From contig NC_068982.1 in assembly GCF_001194135.2 (NCBI RefSeq), positions 17,732,800-17,770,860 on the forward strand: a stretch of 38,061 nt of DNA, written 5' to 3'. This document shows, piece after piece, positions 33,688 through 38,061 of the stretch. Made by a program: the position numbers and the translations under genes. Within the stretch, counting starts at the first letter, position 1; each line of letters starts with the position of its first letter. The DNA is from Octopus bimaculoides (Eukaryota). The notes beneath the pieces are model-generated. The model did not search any database and was not told where the DNA came from. It saw only the letters and a list, made by a program, of their open reading frames with translations.

Positions 33688-34565
33688 TAGTAATATATTT
33701 ATTAAGAAATTTAACATAAATTATTTACATGCTTTTATGTTACGAAACAATTTTTAATGCACATATGTATGATATGTGTAATATGTGTAGGTATATATTA
33801 GGGTTGGCTGAAAAGCTTGTAGGCTGACCAAGATGCTCTCGTGAAATTTGACGATATGAGGTTTAGTTTTCAACATTGTCCTCCTTGCGGTCCACACATT
33901 TCTTTCATCGGTGGTGCCGTGCATCATCATCACTGCTATAGTGGTTCCCAACCAGCTGCCTTTTCATGCTGGGAAAAGATGATATTCCGAAGGGGGCCAT
34001 ATCGGGAGGACAGGAGGGTGATCAACTAGTTCAAAGCAGTGTCAAGCACAGTAGCCATTGCAACGTAGGACTTGGGTGCTGGAGCACTTTTCTGATAAAA
34101 CATGATCCCTCTCGTCAATTTGTCTGGACATTTGGTCTTGATAGCCTTTCGTAACTGCCCCAGCAAGTTAGCATGATGCTCTCCGTTGGTTGTGGGGACC
34201 TTCTGAAGTCAATAAACACAATGGTTTTTGCATCCTCCACAACTGAGGCCATCACCTTCCCTGCAGATGGATGAAACAACCTTGGCCTTCATTGGAGCAT
34301 GTGAGGAGGGGTGTTTCCACGGCACCAGTTGTCCCTTTGTCTCTGGCTGAAACTGATGGCGCCAAATCCCATCCTAGCTTAAGAAAAATTCAAGGAAACG
34401 AGTTGGATCTATCTCCCGTGATGTGATCATCAACGTGATGGGCTTTTGACTAGGTGTCAGAAAAAGTGGCATCCAGCGAGCAAGAATGTTCGTTGCGCCA
34501 AGTTCATCGTGCAGATTATTCTCAACTCTCCCGCGGGATATGCTAAAAGCTTTGGCTGTTTGATT

Positions 34566-35137
34566 GGATCTTTTTTAAAACGGGGGTCACATTTTTCATT
34601 AACGAAACACTTTGAAACTTGGAACACTGGTAGAATGTGTCATATAAAACATCTTTTTCTCTTAGTCTTCTTAAGAAAAAAAAGAAATCCCTAAGTTATT
34701 CCATGTTAAAGTTGTCGTATTTCTGTAATTTCAACCAATCACTGACGTCCATTCAGCCGATATACATTAAGTGCCGACTACATAAACAAACGATTCTGAA
34801 ACAATTCTATCGGTGATAGGGTTAGGGTTAGGGTTAGGGTTAGGGTAAAACAGCAAATTTAAAAAGAAAAAAGCAAAACGAAGCTATGGAAATTAAATAC
34901 GCTTTACACCGCTTAATCAGCCAAAGGAGTAAATGTAAACAACTGAATACTTGTCAGTGATTGGTTGAAATTATCGAAATAAGACAATTTTTTACATGAA
35001 ATAAATTCGAATACAAAAATATTTTTCTGTTCTATAACACAAAATAGATAAGTATACGAAGTTTGAAAGTCTTTCGGTACCAAAAACACTACGTAAAACA
35101 TTAATGAAAAATGTGGCCCCCGTTTTAAAAAAGATCC
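34566..35137. mobile_element. 572-bp non-autonomous long-TIR DNA element (MITE; Mutator- or Merlin-like, unresolved) with an 8-bp TSD
   Basis: 37-bp TIR GGATCTTTTTTAAAACGGGGG(T/C)CACATTTTTCATTAA (36/37); TSD GTTTGATT at 34558-34565 and 35138-35145; inner inverted repeat TAATTTCAACCAATCACTGAC at about 34726-34746 and 34953-34973. Confidence 0.93.
34817..34846 (+). repeat. Interstitial telomeric-type repeat (TAGGGT)5
   Basis: Five perfect hexamers in the TTAGGG register near the centre of the MITE. Confidence 0.95.
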
Positions 35138-35471
35138 GTTTGATTTATAGTCAATAGCCTTCATCCGTCACCCTGTGGTAAACACGATCAATTTAATTAT
35201 TCGGTGATACCAGTTGCAGGACGTTCAAACCTTGGGTCATCTTCAAAATTCTCCATTTCTCTCCTAATCTCAGCTGCCCGCATTTGCACTGTTGATAAAG
35301 CCGGAACGTCATCCCCTAATGTAACAACTATGTCAGCATGAATGTCCTTGGGGGCTAAACCCGTTTTCTGCAGGTACTTGTTAACGCCACGATGCCACAT
35401 TTAGTCCATTTTGAAGAGATGATGCTACTAGTTAGTATTCAAGTCTACTTTGAATAATCAGATGTCAGGTT

Positions 35472-35540
35472 GCACATTAGGCAAGTGTCTTTAACCACAT
35501 AACCCCAAATCGACAAAAGCCTTGAGTGTCGTTCTGGTCG
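35472..35540 (+). mobile_element. Degenerate family B SINE fragment
   Basis: CACATTAGGCAAGTGTCTT...CGACAAAAGCCTTGAGTG resembles family B CACCTTGGGTAAGTGTCTT...CGACCAAAGCCTTGTGAGTG. Confidence 0.5.
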
Positions 35541-35604
35541 TCGTAATCAAGAAGAAACCCATCATAACAATTAAAAAGTAAAAACACAAAGATGTACGTG
35601 TATG

Positions 35605-35640
<36 letters not shown>

Positions 35641-36976
35641 CGTCATACTAATATATACTTTTGTTATTTACACCACCTGTCCTCGTCTGTTGTTATTATT
35701 TGTATATTCTCCCATATATATATATATANNNNNNNNNNNNNNNNNNNNNNNNNNNNNNNNNNNNNNNNNNNNNNNNNNNNNNNNNNNNNNNNNNNNNNNN
35801 NNNNNNNNNNNNNNNNNNNNNNNNNNNNNNNNNNNNNNNNNNNNNNNNNNNNNNNNNNNNNNNNNNNNNNNNNNNNNNNNNNNNNNNNNNNNNNNNNNNN
35901 NNNNNNNNNNNNNNNNNNNNNNNNNNNNNNNNNNNNNNNNNNNNNNNNNNNNNNNNNNNNNNNNNNNNNNNNNNNNNNNNNNNNNNNNNNNNNNNNNNNN
36001 NNNNNNNNNNNNNNNNNNNNNNNNNNNNNNNNNNNNNNNNNNNNNNNNNNNNNNNNNNNNNNNNNNNNNNNNNNNNNNNNNNNNNNNNNNNNNNNNNNNN
36101 NNNNNNNNNNNNNNNNNNNNNNNNNNNNNNNNNNNNNNNNNNNNNNNNNNNNNNNNNNNNNNNNNNNNNNNNNNNNNNNNNNNNNNNNNNNNNNNNNNNN
36201 NNNNNNNNNNNNNNNNNNNNNNNNNNNNNNNNNNNNNNNNNNNNNNNNNNNNNNNNNNNNNNNNNNNNNNNNNNNNNNNNNNNNNNNNNNNNNNNNNNNN
36301 NNNNNNNNNNNNNNNNNNNNNNNNNNNNNNNNNNNNNNNNNNNNNNNNNNNNNNATATATATATGTATATACATATATATATATATTTATATATGGAGAG
36401 AGAGGGTAAGAAAAGAAAAGCGACAGTAAGATTATAGGGAAATGACCGTGGTTCATGGAGGATCCAACGTTTTAGAGTCTTTCGTCAAGGTTAAACATGC
36501 TAATATGGTGGAAAGAGAACGAAAAGAATACACAGCATTACAACTTCTACCCTCTCTCTTTCTCAATACACACACACATACAAATACACACACACACACA
36601 CACACACACATGCAAATGTATATTCGTAGATATATAAACATATATTAATATGTCTGTGCGTGTAGAAAATTAAAAATTTATCTCTTCTCGTATTTAAATG
36701 CATTTATTAATCTCTATTTACACATGTGAAAATGCGTGTATATGTGCATCTGACTCAGCTGTGCGTATGACTGCGCATGCGCACTTACCTTTGTTTCTCC
36801 CCGATCAGGTTATAAAGCATTTTGCTTATTTCTCTGTTATTATTTCAAATATGTACATCTATATGGCTATGCTTCTCTAGACATTGGTATGTTGCCAAGC
36901 ATTTGGGCCAGATTGGCTTATCAATGTCTATGGAAAGTTTCGTGCAAAGACCATGATATATTGCACGTGCAGAATG

Positions 36977-37012
<36 letters not shown>

Positions 37013-37016
37013 TGTA

Positions 37017-37050
<34 letters not shown>

Positions 37051-37159
37051 CGTATGTGTATGGATGTTTGCATTGGGAAGGATGGAAAGAAAACTTTGAA
37101 ATATCAACGCGGTTGGAATTATTAATAAAGAAAAGGTAACGTACACATGCATGCTTCTT

Positions 37160-37204
<45 letters not shown>

Positions 37205-37279
37205 NNNNNNNNNNNNNNNNNNNNNNNNNNNNNNNNNNNNNNNNNNNNNNNNNNNNNNNNNNNNNNNNNNNNNNNNNNN

Positions 37280-37328
<49 letters not shown>

Positions 37329-37586
37329 TGTGTGTGTGTGTGTATGCAAGTGCGCATATATACACACATTTATATGTATAACACCTCTGTGTTGCATGCA
37401 ATCTGCAAGTCGGGCTATTTCTCAAGCAGGGACCATTGAACTCTTTGGTGACATGCCAAAAGGGTCTCTTTCCACTCATTATGGTTTTGCCAATAGTAGT
37501 CGCGCAGATAAAGCCTTCTTATTTCCTGGTCTATTTGGGTTCAAATCCACGCTGCAGAAATATTTAATTTATTATTTTTTTCCCAG

Positions 37587-37638
37587 TTCTACATTTCTAT
37601 GGCGCCAGTTTTACCCATCCATACACGAACACACTAAG
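37587..37638 (+). CDS. Candidate 52-bp internal exon of an unidentified host gene
   Basis: Acceptor TTATTATTTTTTTCCCAG with upstream TATTTAAT; donor AAG|GTAAGT. Two open frames (xLHFYGASFTHPYTNTL or xSTFLWRQFYPSIHEHTK); no homology recognised. Confidence 0.35.
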
Positions 37639-37723
37639 GTAAGTCAGTCTCTCAACCGTTTGCATCGTTTATTTGCGCTCGGTATAGGTATCTAGTGACG
37701 GGAAGATACATAACTCCAGGATA

Positions 37724-37972
37724 TTTTTTTTTCGCTTTTACTTGTTTCAGTCATTTCACTGCGGCCTTGCTGGAGCATTGCCTTTTTAGTCGAACAAATC
37801 CACCCCTTAAGACTTATTCTTTGTAAGCCTAGTACTTATTGTATTGTCCACTTTTGTCGAACCGTTAAGTTACAAGACGTAAACAAACCAACACCAGGTG
37901 TCAAGCGGTGATGGGGACACACAAAGACACACACACACACACACATACACACACACACACGCACACACGCAC

Positions 37973-38004
<32 letters not shown>

Positions 38005-38061
38005 GAAGACATACACACACAACCACACACACATATATACGACGGGCTTATTTCAGTTACC
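37724..38061 (-). mobile_element. Family B SINE running off the window end
   Basis: Tail, body and CA microsatellite match 16606-16930. Confidence 0.88.

Larger units (their letters stand above)
33799..35460 (-). mobile_element. Decayed mariner, irritans/Himar-like, interrupted by a MITE; 5' TIR lost
   Basis: ATG at 35409: MD*MWHRGVNKYLQKTGLAPKDIHAD; LTINQ|TAKAFSISRGRVENNLHDELG..ARWMPLFLTP; AGKVMASV; LRKAIKTK; PDMAPSEYHLFP; KCVDRKEDNVEN* (stop at 33863-33865). One end is TA-GGGTTGGCTGAAAAG at about 33799. Confidence 0.88.

Noticed and set aside
34817-34846. True chromosome end or telomere fusion site
   Set aside because: Only five units, single orientation, and enclosed in a TIR/TSD-defined mobile element.
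36782-36840. Strong minus-strand donor AAAG|GTAAGTG
   Set aside because: There is no credible upstream acceptor, and the frame is closed a few codons upstream.

Overview
Eukaryotic, AT-rich, repeat-saturated non-coding DNA from a gapped short-read assembly: 10 N-runs, almost all flanked by microsatellites. The SINE and microsatellite make-up resembles coleoid cephalopod (octopus-like) genomes; this is inference only. I find no intact host protein-coding gene, only two unverified candidate micro-exons. The window holds: (1) three decayed mariner transposons, one with both TIRs and its TA target duplication; (2) a nested 572-bp long-TIR MITE with an 8-bp TSD and a central (TAGGGT)5 telomeric tract; (3) a hAT-like non-autonomous element; (4) a decayed Penelope-like element (RT plus GIY-YIG); (5) 3' fragments of two RLE-type LINE families; (6) many tRNA-derived SINEs of at least four families; (7) a U6 snRNA pseudogene; (8) a near-perfect 352-bp palindrome inserted into a LINE with a 12-bp duplication. 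The best lead is a tRNA-headed SINE whose 3' part folds as a minimal, dimer-type hammerhead ribozyme of the kind found in Penelope-like elements. It is present as a head-to-head pair next to a Penelope fossil, and a second, unrelated hammerhead motif lies 6 kb upstream. A second theme is repeated head-to-head (tails-out) inverted pairs that could form dsRNA. All protein and family assignments come from manual translation and recalled family consensus, not from database searches.
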